A DNA stretch of 64,000 bases from an archaeon (GTDB lineage Archaea; Nanobdellota; Nanobdellia; Woesearchaeales; GCA-2686295), in NCBI GenBank assembly GCA_043822105.1, contig JBDRCD010000004.1, positions 10,410-74,409 on the forward strand, in the 5' to 3' direction. Below are positions 1 through 9,260 of this stretch, piece by piece. The position numbers were made by a program, and so were the translations under genes. Within the stretch, counting starts at the first letter, position 1; each line of letters starts with the position of its first letter. The notes under the pieces are model-generated. The model did no database searches and was not told the origin of the DNA. It saw only the letters and a program-made list of their open reading frames with translations.

Positions 1-114
1 GAGATCAAATTAAATGATTCTGATGAACCATTACAGAAATCAGAGAAAATAAATTTTTTCCAGAGAATAATCAATTTTTTCAGGGGAATTTTTAGAAATG
101 ATGAGTCTGATTAA
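1..114 (+). CDS. 3' end of an upstream gene that starts outside the window (partial)
   Basis: Frame 1 is open from the window edge to a TAA at 112-114 and translates to EIKLNDSDEPLQKSEKINFFQRIINFFRGIFRNDESD. I recognise no motif in it. Confidence 0.2.
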   Translation, partial: EIKLNDSDEPLQKSEKINFFQRIINFFRGIFRNDESD

Positions 115-313
115 ATTATCAAAGAAAAAAAGTGTTTAGTTAGAAATTCATATTCTCCAATCACATCCATTTTGTAGTATAGGAAAACTGCCCCTTTCTA
201 TTTTTTAGCCCTTTGAAATTATCGTATATAATTTGCGTTATGTGGCGTAGCGGATAGTTTCGCCGTTTTGATTAAACAACAAAATTCTTAAACTTAATTC
301 TTTTCTTTTTATT

Positions 314-1906
314 ATGAATAAAGTTCTCAAGATTCCTGATTCTCAATCTGACCCAGTTCTGAATATTATAGAAAATACTTTGAAAATGAAAAAACAAGCC
401 ATTGTCTTTGTCAACACAAAGAGGGGTGCTGAGTCTCAGGCTGAAAGGATTGCTGGCAAGATAATAATAAACGATGAAAAGCTGAATAAAATGTCTGAAG
501 AGATTCTAAAGGCACTGCCATCTCCAACAAAACAGTGCAGAAGACTTGCAGCCTGTATAAAAAAAGGTAGCGCTTTTCATCATGCTGGTTTGGCAACGAA
601 GCAGAGAGAATTAATTGAAGATGGATTTCGAAGTGGACTTGTAAGAGTTATTTGTGCAACGCCAACGCTTGCAATGGGGGTTGATCTTCCTGCATTTAGA
701 GTGATTGTAAGAGACCTAAAAAGATATGGTGGCTCATGGGGCATGACAGACATTCCTGTTTTGGAATATGAACAGCAGGCCGGAAGAGCAGGAAGGCCTG
801 GCAAGGAAGATTATGGAGAAGCAATATGTATTGCAAAAACAGAAGCTGAGTCTGATAAAATATTTGAAAAATATGTAGAGGGAGAATCAGAAGAAATATA
901 TTCAAAGCTGGCAGTAGAACCTGTTCTTAGAGCTCACATCTTGAGTCTTGTTGCAAGCGAATTTGTAACCGATAGAAAATCACTCTTTGAATTTTTTGAT
1001 AAAACATTCTACGCACATCAGTATGCGGATTTAAATAAACTGCACAAGGTGCTTGAAAAAATAACAGGGCTTCTCAATGAGTGGGAGTTTATTAAAATAT
1101 CTGGCGGAAGTGGTGATTTTGTATCTGCTGATGCAATTGATGAAGAAACCTATGAAGCAACAATGATTGGAAAAAGAGTATCAGAATTATACCTTGATCC
1201 ATTGACAGCAAACTTCATAATAACATGTCTTAGAAAAGCAACGAGTCAAAAAACAAAGGAATTTTCATATCTGCAGATGGTTGCAAGGACACTGGAAATA
1301 AGACCTCTGCTTCGAGTAAAAGTTGCAGAGTATGAAGATGTCCAAGATAAAATGGCAAGTCAAGAAACATTTCTACTTGACAAAGGACCTACTCAGTTTG
1401 ATGAAGCCTACGATGAATTTCTAAATTCAATAAAGACAGCATTGTTTTTTCAGGACTGGATAGATGAAAAAAACGAAGAGTTTTTACTTGAAAAGTTTTC
1501 AGCGACACCAGGAGAAGTACATGCAAAGCTTGCAATTGCAGATTGGTTGCTTTATTCTACAACTGAACTTGCAAGGATGTTGAAATTCCAGCAGCTGATG
1601 AAAGACATTGCAAAGGTCAGATTAAGACTTAAATATGGAGCAAAAACAGAGCTGCTGCCACTGTTGAAGCTTAAGAATATTGGAAGAGTCAGAGCAAGGA
1701 AGATGTTCAACCACAAAGTAAAAACTCTAACAGACATAAAGAATGTAGACATAACAACACTTGCACAACTCATTGGAAAAGCAACTGCAATATCTGTCAA
1801 GAAACAGATGGGACAGGAATACGACCCAAAAAAAATAGAAGTAAAAGAAAACAAACGAAAAGGACAGATATCGCTTAAAGATTATCAGAAGAAAAATAAA
1901 AAATGA
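314..1906 (+). CDS. Hel308/Ski2-like helicase, C-terminal portion only (RecA2, winged helix, ratchet and HhH domains); the N-terminal RecA1/Walker domain is absent
   Basis: Helicase C-terminal motifs are present: VFVNTKRGAE (motif IV region), HHAGL, ATPTLAMGVDLPA (motif V) and QQAGRAGRPG (motif VI). A long Sec63/Hel308-like tail with a Lys-rich end follows. No Walker A or DEAH motif occurs, and positions 115-313 upstream contain stop codons in all frames. Confidence 0.75.
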   Translation: MNKVLKIPDSQSDPVLNIIENTLKMKKQAIVFVNTKRGAESQAERIAGKIIINDEKLNKMSEEILKALPSPTKQCRRLAACIKKGSAFHHAGLATKQRELIEDGFRSGLVRVICATPTLAMGVDLPAFRVIVRDLKRYGGSWGMTDIPVLEYEQQAGRAGRPGKEDYGEAICIAKTEAESDKIFEKYVEGESEEIYSKLAVEPVLRAHILSLVASEFVTDRKSLFEFFDKTFYAHQYADLNKLHKVLEKITGLLNEWEFIKISGGSGDFVSADAIDEETYEATMIGKRVSELYLDPLTANFIITCLRKATSQKTKEFSYLQMVARTLEIRPLLRVKVAEYEDVQDKMASQETFLLDKGPTQFDEAYDEFLNSIKTALFFQDWIDEKNEEFLLEKFSATPGEVHAKLAIADWLLYSTTELARMLKFQQLMKDIAKVRLRLKYGAKTELLPLLKLKNIGRVRARKMFNHKVKTLTDIKNVDITTLAQLIGKATAISVKKQMGQEYDPKKIEVKENKRKGQISLKDYQKKNKK

Positions 1907-2277
1907 AGAGATTAACTAAATGCTTGATTAAGGATAAAGAAAAATATCTTCTTATAAAACGAGAACCAAACTCAAAGTTTTTTCCAAACAAATGGGACTT
2001 TCCAGGAGGAAAAAGTAAGCTTTTAGAAACTGATGCTGCATGTGGAATTAGAGAAGCAAAAGAAGAAACAAACCTTGACATTGTATCTGATAAAATTGTT
2101 AAAAAGATAATTATTTTTGCTTTAGGAATTCCTTTTAGAATTAGAATTCTTTCTGTTAAATCATATTCAGGTGATATAAAATTAAGTAAAGATCATACAG
2201 AATTTGCATGGTTTACAAAAAAAGAAATGAAAGACATAGATTTATCGCCAGTTGTAAAAAAAATTATTCTTTCCTAA
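1903..2277 (+). CDS. NUDIX hydrolase
   Basis: Nudix box GGKSKLLETDAACGIREAKEETNL (GX5EX7REUXEEXGU). The start overlaps the helicase stop in an ATGA arrangement. Confidence 0.8.
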   Translation: MKRLTKCLIKDKEKYLLIKREPNSKFFPNKWDFPGGKSKLLETDAACGIREAKEETNLDIVSDKIVKKIIIFALGIPFRIRILSVKSYSGDIKLSKDHTEFAWFTKKEMKDIDLSPVVKKIILS

Positions 2278-2884
2278 AGCAAACACTAACTCTATACAAA
2301 TCCTTGCTTCTAATGTTATCTCGCCCAAAGAGTTTTCTGGAAGTTTTCAGTTCTCCCTTAAAACTCTTTTTTAGTTTTCTTCCGATGTTTAGTGCTGCTT
2401 TGTTTGAAGAAAGGAAGACATCGTAACCCTGCTTTGAAGCAACAACCTTTGAAATGAAAACCAGACTGTCATTGTCAACCTGTTTTTGCACAAAGTACAA
2501 TAATTCATCATCCTTTGGTCGAAGCTGTATTACTGATTCAAAATACTCTGTTCCCATTTTAGAACAGGTAGGGCATTTCTCCACTTGAAGTTTGGCAGGA
2601 ATTGTAAATTGTTCACCTTGGAGACCCACTTCAATTTCAAACTTTTTCTTTATGATTTCCTCGTTGATTAGCGGATTAACAGTTACTTTTTCTTTGATTT
2701 GCTCTTTTGCAATTTTCTTAACAACATCCTTTAGGCTGTTGAAAGGCAGCCATTGGTTTCTATGAAAATATTTTTTGCACTCACATACTCTCACAAGCAC
2801 ATCTTTATAGTTAAGACTAACTGGATTGTGCTCATCGCAAAAGTTACCTTCTATATCTTTTCCGCATACAGGGCAGAAGTTCAT
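2264..2884 (-). CDS. Zn-ribbon protein, NMD3-family-like (COG1499)
   Basis: Cys pairs CPVCG...CDEH, CECKKYFHRNQW and CPTC are arranged as in the NMD3 N-terminal domain. The protein is only 206 aa. Confidence 0.4.
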   Translation of the reverse strand: MNFCPVCGKDIEGNFCDEHNPVSLNYKDVLVRVCECKKYFHRNQWLPFNSLKDVVKKIAKEQIKEKVTVNPLINEEIIKKKFEIEVGLQGEQFTIPAKLQVEKCPTCSKMGTEYFESVIQLRPKDDELLYFVQKQVDNDSLVFISKVVASKQGYDVFLSSNKAALNIGRKLKKSFKGELKTSRKLFGRDNIRSKDLYRVSVCFRKE

Positions 2885-2915
2885 GAATATAGAAAAGGAA
2901 AGGATGTTTAAAAGT

Positions 2916-3389
2916 TTAACTAATCATCAAGAAAACAAACACAATCAAATTCAAAACCAACACATAATTCTCATTCAAACTGGAAAAATCAATTAAGTCT
3001 TTCAACCATAGTTTTGGTTTGATGAAACCAGTTTTTACCATTTTCTTTGAAAATGGTGCAAGTGGAAATACATTGTGAACTGTTATGTAGTCTAGGAAGA
3101 TGTGTGAGATGTATGGAATAAGAACAAGCGCGAGATAGGGTGGTCCGTACAGGTATTGCAAAATAAGTCCTGCTGGAAGACCAATAAGTATAACTCCAAA
3201 GGGTTCCTGAGTCCAGGTCTTCAAATCTTTTTCTTTGCTTTTGAAGATGAATAGCTTGATTAGTATGTCAACGTCGACAAGAAGTGCGAATATTACTGTG
3301 AAGAGAATCATAGTTGATAAACTAACTTCTCCTTTAAAGAAAACTAAAAGTAGGTTAAGTGAAAAAAAGAAGTGATTAAACCAGTTCAT
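2916..3389 (-). CDS. membrane-bound metal-dependent hydrolase-like protein (DUF457/YdjM-like)
   Basis: Multi-TM hydropathy with His-containing motifs HIFLDY and HN. Confidence 0.4.
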   Translation of the reverse strand: MNWFNHFFFSLNLLLVFFKGEVSLSTMILFTVIFALLVDVDILIKLFIFKSKEKDLKTWTQEPFGVILIGLPAGLILQYLYGPPYLALVLIPYISHIFLDYITVHNVFPLAPFSKKMVKTGFIKPKLWLKDLIDFSSLNENYVLVLNLIVFVFLMIS

Positions 3390-3874
3390 CTTATAATTCC
3401 TCTGAAAGCTTTTACAATCTCTTCGTCAGAAGCTTTTTCATTATTAATTACTAAGTTAAAAGAATACTTTTCTTTCATTGCAAGCTCGTTTATTTTTTCA
3501 ATTGTTTCTTTGCTCATTGGAACGTGAACTTCTTTGTCTCTATCTCTGATTCTTTTTATACAGAGGTCAAGAGGAGATTTAACCTTAATTAGCTTTACAT
3601 CATAACTGTCTTCAAGTTCTTTTAGGAATTCTTTGAAAGAGTCAAATGTTCCTATTGATTCTAAGATAACTTTGTCATATTTCTCAATTTCTTCTTCTAC
3701 TTTTTTCCATGCCTGTTCAAAGAATTCTTCGTCTAAATTGTTAGCTTCTTCTTCAGAACGCATAAAAAAAGGTTCAACATTAAGAAATGATATTCCGAGT
3801 TCTTTTTCAATAAGATTTCCAATATATGATTTGCCTGATCCTTTAGGTCCGATAAGAAGGTAAATTGTTTTCAT
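3386..3874 (-). CDS. P-loop NTPase / small-molecule kinase (AAA_33-like)
   Basis: Walker A motif GPKGSGKSY at the N-terminus and about 160 aa in length. Confidence 0.5.
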   Translation of the reverse strand: MKTIYLLIGPKGSGKSYIGNLIEKELGISFLNVEPFFMRSEEEANNLDEEFFEQAWKKVEEEIEKYDKVILESIGTFDSFKEFLKELEDSYDVKLIKVKSPLDLCIKRIRDRDKEVHVPMSKETIEKINELAMKEKYSFNLVINNEKASDEEIVKAFRGIIR

Positions 3875-3913
3875 AAACTGATTAAGGGCGGATTGTTTAA
3901 AAAATTTTAGAAA

Positions 3914-4273
3914 TTAAACATTGTATTTTTCTTGGAGTCTCTTTTTTCTTTTTCTTCCACTTAGATAGGTTAAAATTCCTAAACCAAATGCACCTGCTCC
4001 TGCTACTTGGGTTCCAGCACCTGCGACTCTTGCAAAATCATGGTACTGTGGATGTTTTTCTTTATTGAATATTTCTACAGCCATAATTCTTCCGTCTTTT
4101 ATTGAGCCAAAATAATCTTCTATTTTTGCTTCCTTTGGCAGAATTGCTGTTTGGACCGTTAATACAATGTACAGTCCTGCTGTTATGAATAAGGCTCCCA
4201 AACTTTTTTCAGTTTTATATGCAAATTTTTCTTTTTGTATTTTGTATTCTAAATTAGGATTTGTTTGTTGCAT
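3914..4273 (-). CDS. hypothetical membrane-anchored protein
   Basis: One central TM segment and a Gly/Ala-rich C-terminal hydrophobic stretch followed by RKRKKR. Confidence 0.4.
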   Translation of the reverse strand: MQQTNPNLEYKIQKEKFAYKTEKSLGALFITAGLYIVLTVQTAILPKEAKIEDYFGSIKDGRIMAVEIFNKEKHPQYHDFARVAGAGTQVAGAGAFGLGILTYLSGRKRKKRLQEKYNV

Positions 4274-4334
4274 TGGCTTGGAAAATCATAAAGAATATAT
4301 AAATGTTATCATTTTTACTACTTATTAGTGAGTT

Positions 4335-5150
4335 TTAGGGAAAAACAAATTTCCAAGCGAGGCAATCAAAAAAAGGAAGTGTTGATATTAAAAGAAGCAA
4401 TATTACCACTGAAATTATAATGAATATTATGATATTCTTTTCCGAGAATTTTTTTTCATGCTGTGGCCTTTTGAAAATTCTAGGCAGAGACATAAAGAAA
4501 AATGGAACTATGAATGCCTGCACTACATAAAATGTACACCATATTGAAGGATAATCATAGCAGAAATTTGTTGAAAACTTAAAGTAACCAAAAACAGAGT
4601 AAATTATACTTAGAATAAAGGAAACATCTGCAACTGCAAACATGTATAGAATTATAGTTTTTTTACTCTGGTCGTCTTTTAGTTCTTTTCTAATTCTAAA
4701 GGCAGCTACATGCCAATAGATAAATAAGAATATATAGGCAGCAGACCAAACTAAAGCAGATAAATGTCTAACATAGAAACTCACACTTTCAAAGTACATT
4801 GGCTCAAAAATTATGTGAAGAGAAACTGCCACAATAATCCAAAGAGCAATATTGCTGTAAACCTTTCTATTGGTCATCACTTCTAAAGATCTCAATAGGA
4901 AATACATTGAAGAAATGGAGATTATCAATCCAATCTTGTAAACAATCTGATTTTCTGAAACTAAAGTAAGAAATTCAAATAACTGATGAAACCCGATACA
5001 TAAGAACCCCATAAGCACGTTGTTAAGAAATTTATGATGCCAGTCTTTTTTAGTATAATTGTACTTATGTGAAAAATAAAAGTAATAGAATACAGAGAAT
5101 ACAATTATTATAAGAGCAGTAATAAGTTGTACTTCTTTACTGTAGCACAT
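4335..5150 (-). CDS. polytopic integral membrane protein (hypothetical)
   Basis: About 7-8 hydrophobic helices. I see no recognisable catalytic motif. Confidence 0.5.
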   Translation of the reverse strand: MCYSKEVQLITALIIIVFSVFYYFYFSHKYNYTKKDWHHKFLNNVLMGFLCIGFHQLFEFLTLVSENQIVYKIGLIISISSMYFLLRSLEVMTNRKVYSNIALWIIVAVSLHIIFEPMYFESVSFYVRHLSALVWSAAYIFLFIYWHVAAFRIRKELKDDQSKKTIILYMFAVADVSFILSIIYSVFGYFKFSTNFCYDYPSIWCTFYVVQAFIVPFFFMSLPRIFKRPQHEKKFSEKNIIIFIIISVVILLLLISTLPFFDCLAWKFVFP

Positions 5151-5227
5151 ATTAATTCATTGTAATAGAAATATAAATGTTTTTTGCTATGAAAAAACTT
5201 AAAAACTATTTCTGATTAATTCTTTTT

Positions 5228-5989
5228 ATGCAAGAGAAAGTTTGGTTCGAAAACAGCAAAGGTGACAAGTTATGCGGAATACTTTCTAATCCAAGTGGAG
5301 ATAAGAAAAAACTTGTAGTTATAGTCGCCCACGGCTTCAGCAGTTCTAAAGAAAGCAGTTCTTACCCGTTGTTTGAAGAGCTTTTTAACAAGAACAATAT
5401 TTCATGTCTTAGGTTTGATTTCTGGGGTCACGGAGAAAGTGATGGAGATTTTGCGGACATTACTGTTTCAGAGGCTATTGATGATATTAATAATGCGATA
5501 AAATATCTAAAAAATAATAATTATACAAACATTGGTCTTGTGGGTTCAAGCTTTGGAGGAATGGTAAGCATCTTGGCAGTTGCGAACTCTGATGACATTA
5601 AAATTCTTGGATTGAGAGCGCCTGTATCTGATTATTTAGCTCATCTACTAGCTAAGCACAGCAAAACAACAATTGAAGATTGGAAAAATAATGGTTTTAT
5701 GTTCTGGATTAGCGGTCATGGAAGGAAATTAAGACTTAATTACTCCTTTTTTGAAGACTCCAAACAATACGATGGTCATAAGGAAGCATCTAAGATAAAA
5801 GTTCCAACAATCATAGTTCATGGCGCAAAAGATATATCAGTTCCTTTGTCTCAAAGTGAACAGACTTCTAAAGAGATAAAAAATTGTAAGCTAATTGTTT
5901 ATCCTAAAGCAAACCACTGGTTTGAACATGGCACAGACAAAGAAGATGCAATAAAAGCAATAGTTGATTTCTTTGTGGAGAAAGCATAA
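5228..5989 (+). CDS. alpha/beta hydrolase (dienelactone hydrolase / S9 peptidase-like)
   Basis: HGFSSS oxyanion region, nucleophile elbow GSSFGG (GxSxG), and a late His in NHWFEH. Confidence 0.75.
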   Translation: MQEKVWFENSKGDKLCGILSNPSGDKKKLVVIVAHGFSSSKESSSYPLFEELFNKNNISCLRFDFWGHGESDGDFADITVSEAIDDINNAIKYLKNNNYTNIGLVGSSFGGMVSILAVANSDDIKILGLRAPVSDYLAHLLAKHSKTTIEDWKNNGFMFWISGHGRKLRLNYSFFEDSKQYDGHKEASKIKVPTIIVHGAKDISVPLSQSEQTSKEIKNCKLIVYPKANHWFEHGTDKEDAIKAIVDFFVEKA

Positions 5990-6022
5990 AGTTTATTAAC
6001 AGTTATTATCATTAACAACCTC

Positions 6023-6364
6023 ATGAATAACTGCATTTATGGTGTTGACCTTTCTAAACCTGTTACACCTATGATGGTCAGAGATGCTCTTATTGAATGT
6101 TTTCTAAATGCACATGGTTCAATTCTTGATGATATGAAAGACCAGTATAAAGATTCTAAAGAATTCAATCAAATAAAAGAAATAGACATAAAAATGACTA
6201 TTAAAAAATTCTTTAAAGATGTAGGTGGAGACTTTGACAACCCTACAAAAGAATCAATATTGAAAGTTATGGGTAAATTGCAAGAATTCTCAGCAAACTT
6301 TAGAAAACCAAAAATCATTGAGCGACATGCTGGTCAGATGATGCTTCTTGTTGAAAAGCTTTAG
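6023..6364 (+). CDS. hypothetical protein
   Basis: The ORF is in an intergenic position and I recognise no motif in it. Confidence 0.35.
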   Translation: MNNCIYGVDLSKPVTPMMVRDALIECFLNAHGSILDDMKDQYKDSKEFNQIKEIDIKMTIKKFFKDVGGDFDNPTKESILKVMGKLQEFSANFRKPKIIERHAGQMMLLVEKL

Positions 6365-7022
6365 GAGTTATAACTTAAAATTCAATAAACTTAAAAAGAA
6401 CACTTTTTATCCTTTATTTATGAATTGGAAGCAAACCTGGAAGAAAACATGGCATTTTATTTGGCACGACGATTCTATGCTTAGCTGGATTGTTAATGTA
6501 ATACTTGCTTTTGTTCTGATAAAATTCATAATCTACCCTGGCCTTGGATTGGCCATGGGAACACAGTACCCTGTGGTCGCTGTTGTCAGCAGCAGCATGG
6601 AGCATGACGAAAAGTTTTTTGACTGGTGGAACACACAGGAAGATTTCTACCTGAAAAATAATATTACAGACGTTGATTTTAGATTATATCCTTTCATAAA
6701 CGGTTTTAACAAAGGTGACATAATGGTTCTGGTAGGTACAAAGATTGAAAACATTGAAATTGGAGATGTTATAGTCTATCAGGCAAAAAAACCCTATCCA
6801 ATAATACATCGTGTGATAAGCATAAGAGACACGGGCGGAGAGCTGTACTTTGAAACAAAGGGAGATAACAACAAGTTTCAGATAAGAGCAATTGATCTTG
6901 ATGAAAAGAATGTTTCCTCAGACTCCTACATCGGAAGAGCTGTTTTCAGAATTCCATTCCTGGGCTACATTAAAATCTGGTTTGTCAATTTGATAAACTG
7001 GATTGGTTTGAATATATTCTAA
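6348..7022 (+). CDS. signal peptidase I, archaeal Sec11/S26B type
   Basis: N-terminal TM segment followed by VVSSSMEHD, which resembles the SGSMEP box. Downstream GDIMVL and IIHRVI motifs are also present. The true start is probably the internal Met at MNWKQTW. Confidence 0.65.
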   Translation: MLKSFRSYNLKFNKLKKNTFYPLFMNWKQTWKKTWHFIWHDDSMLSWIVNVILAFVLIKFIIYPGLGLAMGTQYPVVAVVSSSMEHDEKFFDWWNTQEDFYLKNNITDVDFRLYPFINGFNKGDIMVLVGTKIENIEIGDVIVYQAKKPYPIIHRVISIRDTGGELYFETKGDNNKFQIRAIDLDEKNVSSDSYIGRAVFRIPFLGYIKIWFVNLINWIGLNIF

Positions 7023-7040
7023 TAATAGGTCATTAAAAAA

Positions 7041-7697
7041 ATGAAACAGATTAATATAGATAATATATACAAGGCTCTGAAAAAAGAGTTCGACAAACAT
7101 CAAATGCCAGTAGTTGATCTTATTGAAGCAACCACGAAGAGTCCGATGAATGTACTTTTAGGAACTATTCTTTCTGCAAGGACAAAGGATGATGTTACTG
7201 CAAAAGCCAGCAAACAATTGTTTACAAAAGTCAAAAAAATAAATGACCTAAACAAATTATCGCAGAAAGAAATCGAGAAGTTAATCTATCCTGTTGGCTT
7301 CTACAAAACAAAAGCAAAGCACTTGAAACAATTGCCGAATGTTTTAGAAAAGGAATTTAATGGAATAATTCCAGACACTGTTGAAGAATTAATCAAGCTA
7401 CCTGGTGTTGGAAGAAAAACAGCCAATTTAGTTGTTGCAGTTGGCTTTCACAAGCCAGGAATGTGTATCGATACGCATTGTCACCGTATTCCTCAAAGAC
7501 TTGGCTGGTTCACTTCAAAATCACCTTATGAGACTGAAATGATTATGAGAAACATGATTCCAGTCAAGTATTGGGAGAAAATCAATAGTTTATTTGTTTC
7601 TTTTGGACAGAATGTTTGTAAACCAATATCTCCTAAATGTAGTATTTGTCCAATAAAGAAGTATTGTAAACAAGTAGGAGTAGAGACTTCGCGATAA
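7041..7697 (+). CDS. nth: endonuclease III (HhH-GPD DNA glycosylase with 4Fe-4S cluster)
   Basis: LGTILSARTKDD, HhH element LPGVGRKTANLVV, and a C-terminal CX6CX2CX5C cluster (CKPISPKCSICPIKKYC). Confidence 0.9.
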   Translation: MKQINIDNIYKALKKEFDKHQMPVVDLIEATTKSPMNVLLGTILSARTKDDVTAKASKQLFTKVKKINDLNKLSQKEIEKLIYPVGFYKTKAKHLKQLPNVLEKEFNGIIPDTVEELIKLPGVGRKTANLVVAVGFHKPGMCIDTHCHRIPQRLGWFTSKSPYETEMIMRNMIPVKYWEKINSLFVSFGQNVCKPISPKCSICPIKKYCKQVGVETSR

Positions 7698-7760
7698 ATC
7701 CGAAAATCCTTCAGAGTTCTCTAGAGAGAACATATTAAGAATGATTTTAAAGTTTTATTT

Positions 7761-8087
7761 ATGAAAAAGTATAAACTTATTATGACTGGTGAGTTTGAAG
7801 ATAACTTTAAAAGATTTATTCCAAGAAATTTGAAAGAACAAGCTGAAAAAAAGATTAAATCACTTGAAGTTAATCCTTTTAGAGGAAAAATAGTATCTTA
7901 TAAATTTCTTCGAGAGTTGAAAATTGACAAATTTCGTATTTATTATTTGATATATAAAGATATAATAACAATTTTATTAGTTGGGGTTAGTGATAAAAAG
8001 ACACAACAGACCATGATTGATAAAATAAAGCAGGAGAGAAAAGAATTATTGTTAAAAATTAAAAATTTCAAAAAGTATTTAAAATAA
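7761..8087 (+). CDS. RelE/ParE-family type II toxin
   Basis: The C-terminal FRIYYLIYKDIITILLVGVSDKK matches the RelE/ParE YRIIY...I.IL.IGHRK core. Length is 108 aa. Confidence 0.6.
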   Translation: MKKYKLIMTGEFEDNFKRFIPRNLKEQAEKKIKSLEVNPFRGKIVSYKFLRELKIDKFRIYYLIYKDIITILLVGVSDKKTQQTMIDKIKQERKELLLKIKNFKKYLK

Positions 8088-8109
8088 AAAACATTAATGG
8101 GTGATAAAG

Positions 8110-8217
8110 ATGGATAAAGAAGAAAAAAGATTGCTGGAAGAACAAAATGATCTTATAAGACAGCTAGTTAGATCTCTTGAAGACGTTAAAGCTGGAAGGA
8201 TAAAACCTTTTAAATAA
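8110..8217 (+). CDS. 35-aa ORF downstream of the toxin (possible antitoxin in HigBA-like reversed order)
   Basis: ATG at 8110 to TAA at 8215-8217, translating to MDKEEKRLLEEQNDLIRQLVRSLEDVKAGRIKPFK. It sits 22 nt after the toxin stop. Confidence 0.25.
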   Translation: MDKEEKRLLEEQNDLIRQLVRSLEDVKAGRIKPFK

Positions 8218-8236
8218 TGATTTTTTCTAACTTTTT

Positions 8237-8869
8237 ATGACATTACAAAGAGAAGTTTTAGCACTAAAAAAGAAAATTAGTAGACAAGTAGATTCTAGAC
8301 TGAAAGACTTCGAAAGTTTCAAATACAAAAACACAGAGGAATGGTTCTCAGAACTCTGCTTTTGCATACTCACTGCGAACTCTAAAGCAAGAACTGCTAT
8401 AGATATTCAGAATGGCCTTGGCTTCAAGGGCTTTTCAGAGATGTCAGAGAAAGAATTGAGTGATTATATCAGAAAGAAAAAACATCGTTTTCACAACAAC
8501 AAGGCAAAGTTTATTGTTTTAGCAAGAGAATACGTTGATATCAAAGGAATAGTTCTAGGGGCAATGCACGACGGAGGATTACTTGAAGGAAGAGAATGGC
8601 TTGTGGAAAACATCAAAGGAATGGGCTACAAAGAAGCATCACACTTTCTTAGAAATGTTGGATACAAAGACGTTGCAATTTTAGATAGGCACATAATTAA
8701 TTTAATGATAGAAAATAAAGTGATAAAAGAAAAACCAAAGAACCTGAACAAGAAAAATTATTTTATTCTAGAGGAGAAATTTAAAGAATTATCTGATTCT
8801 GTAAAAATGTCCATGGCAGAACTCGACCTTTACATGTGGTATATGAAGGGTGGAGATGTTCTAAAATAG
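8237..8869 (+). CDS. ogg: N-glycosylase/DNA lyase, archaeal Ogg2-type 8-oxoguanine glycosylase
   Basis: ELCFCILTANSKARTA, an HhH region, and HFLRNVGYKDVAILDRHI. Confidence 0.75.
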   Translation: MTLQREVLALKKKISRQVDSRLKDFESFKYKNTEEWFSELCFCILTANSKARTAIDIQNGLGFKGFSEMSEKELSDYIRKKKHRFHNNKAKFIVLAREYVDIKGIVLGAMHDGGLLEGREWLVENIKGMGYKEASHFLRNVGYKDVAILDRHIINLMIENKVIKEKPKNLNKKNYFILEEKFKELSDSVKMSMAELDLYMWYMKGGDVLK

Positions 8870-8907
8870 TAACCTTTTTAAACAAACTTTAAAAAATACG
8901 TTCTAAA

Positions 8908-9225
8908 ATGCTATTTTGTCCTAAATGCGGTTCGATATTAAGACCTAAAACAGAGAAAGGTAAGAATGTTCTATTCTGTTCATGTGGATTTGTCAATAAA
9001 AATGTTGAAGGTGTAGAGATAAAAGAGGTTGTGAATAAAAAAGACAAAGAAGTTGAAGTTATAATGGATGAAACAGAACCACATCCTCTAATGGACGCTG
9101 TATGTCCAAAGTGCAAGCATGACAAAGCATATTACTGGTTAGTTCAGACAAGAGCAGGTGACGAACCAGAGACAAAATTTGTTAAATGCGAAAAATGCAA
9201 ACACACATGGAGAGATTATTCTTAG
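8908..9225 (+). CDS. tfs: transcription factor S / RNA polymerase subunit M (TFIIS-type Zn ribbon)
   Basis: N-terminal CPKCG...CSCG ribbon and a C-terminal CPKCKH...KCEKC ribbon carrying the acidic RAGDEPET loop. Confidence 0.85.
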   Translation: MLFCPKCGSILRPKTEKGKNVLFCSCGFVNKNVEGVEIKEVVNKKDKEVEVIMDETEPHPLMDAVCPKCKHDKAYYWLVQTRAGDEPETKFVKCEKCKHTWRDYS

Positions 9226-9260
9226 AAAGAAATAAATAGTATCTATTCTCTTTTTGATAT

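Noticed and set aside
240-280. tRNA-like fragment (GGCGTAGCGGATAGTTTCGCC) and a GCGTAGCG...GTTTTGATTAA motif that recurs, with the 11-mer inverted, at 26767-26789 upstream of the tRNA
   Set aside because: No cloverleaf can be built from it. Both copies lie 30-60 nt upstream of a gene start and are AT-rich and TATA-like, so shared BRE/TATA promoter architecture explains them more simply. The intervening 26 kb is core metabolism, so they are not att sites of an integrated element.
2208-2426. 72-aa ORF overlapping the NUDIX 3' end and the NMD3-like gene
   Set aside because: It is wedged across two better-supported genes in an alternative frame, with no motif.
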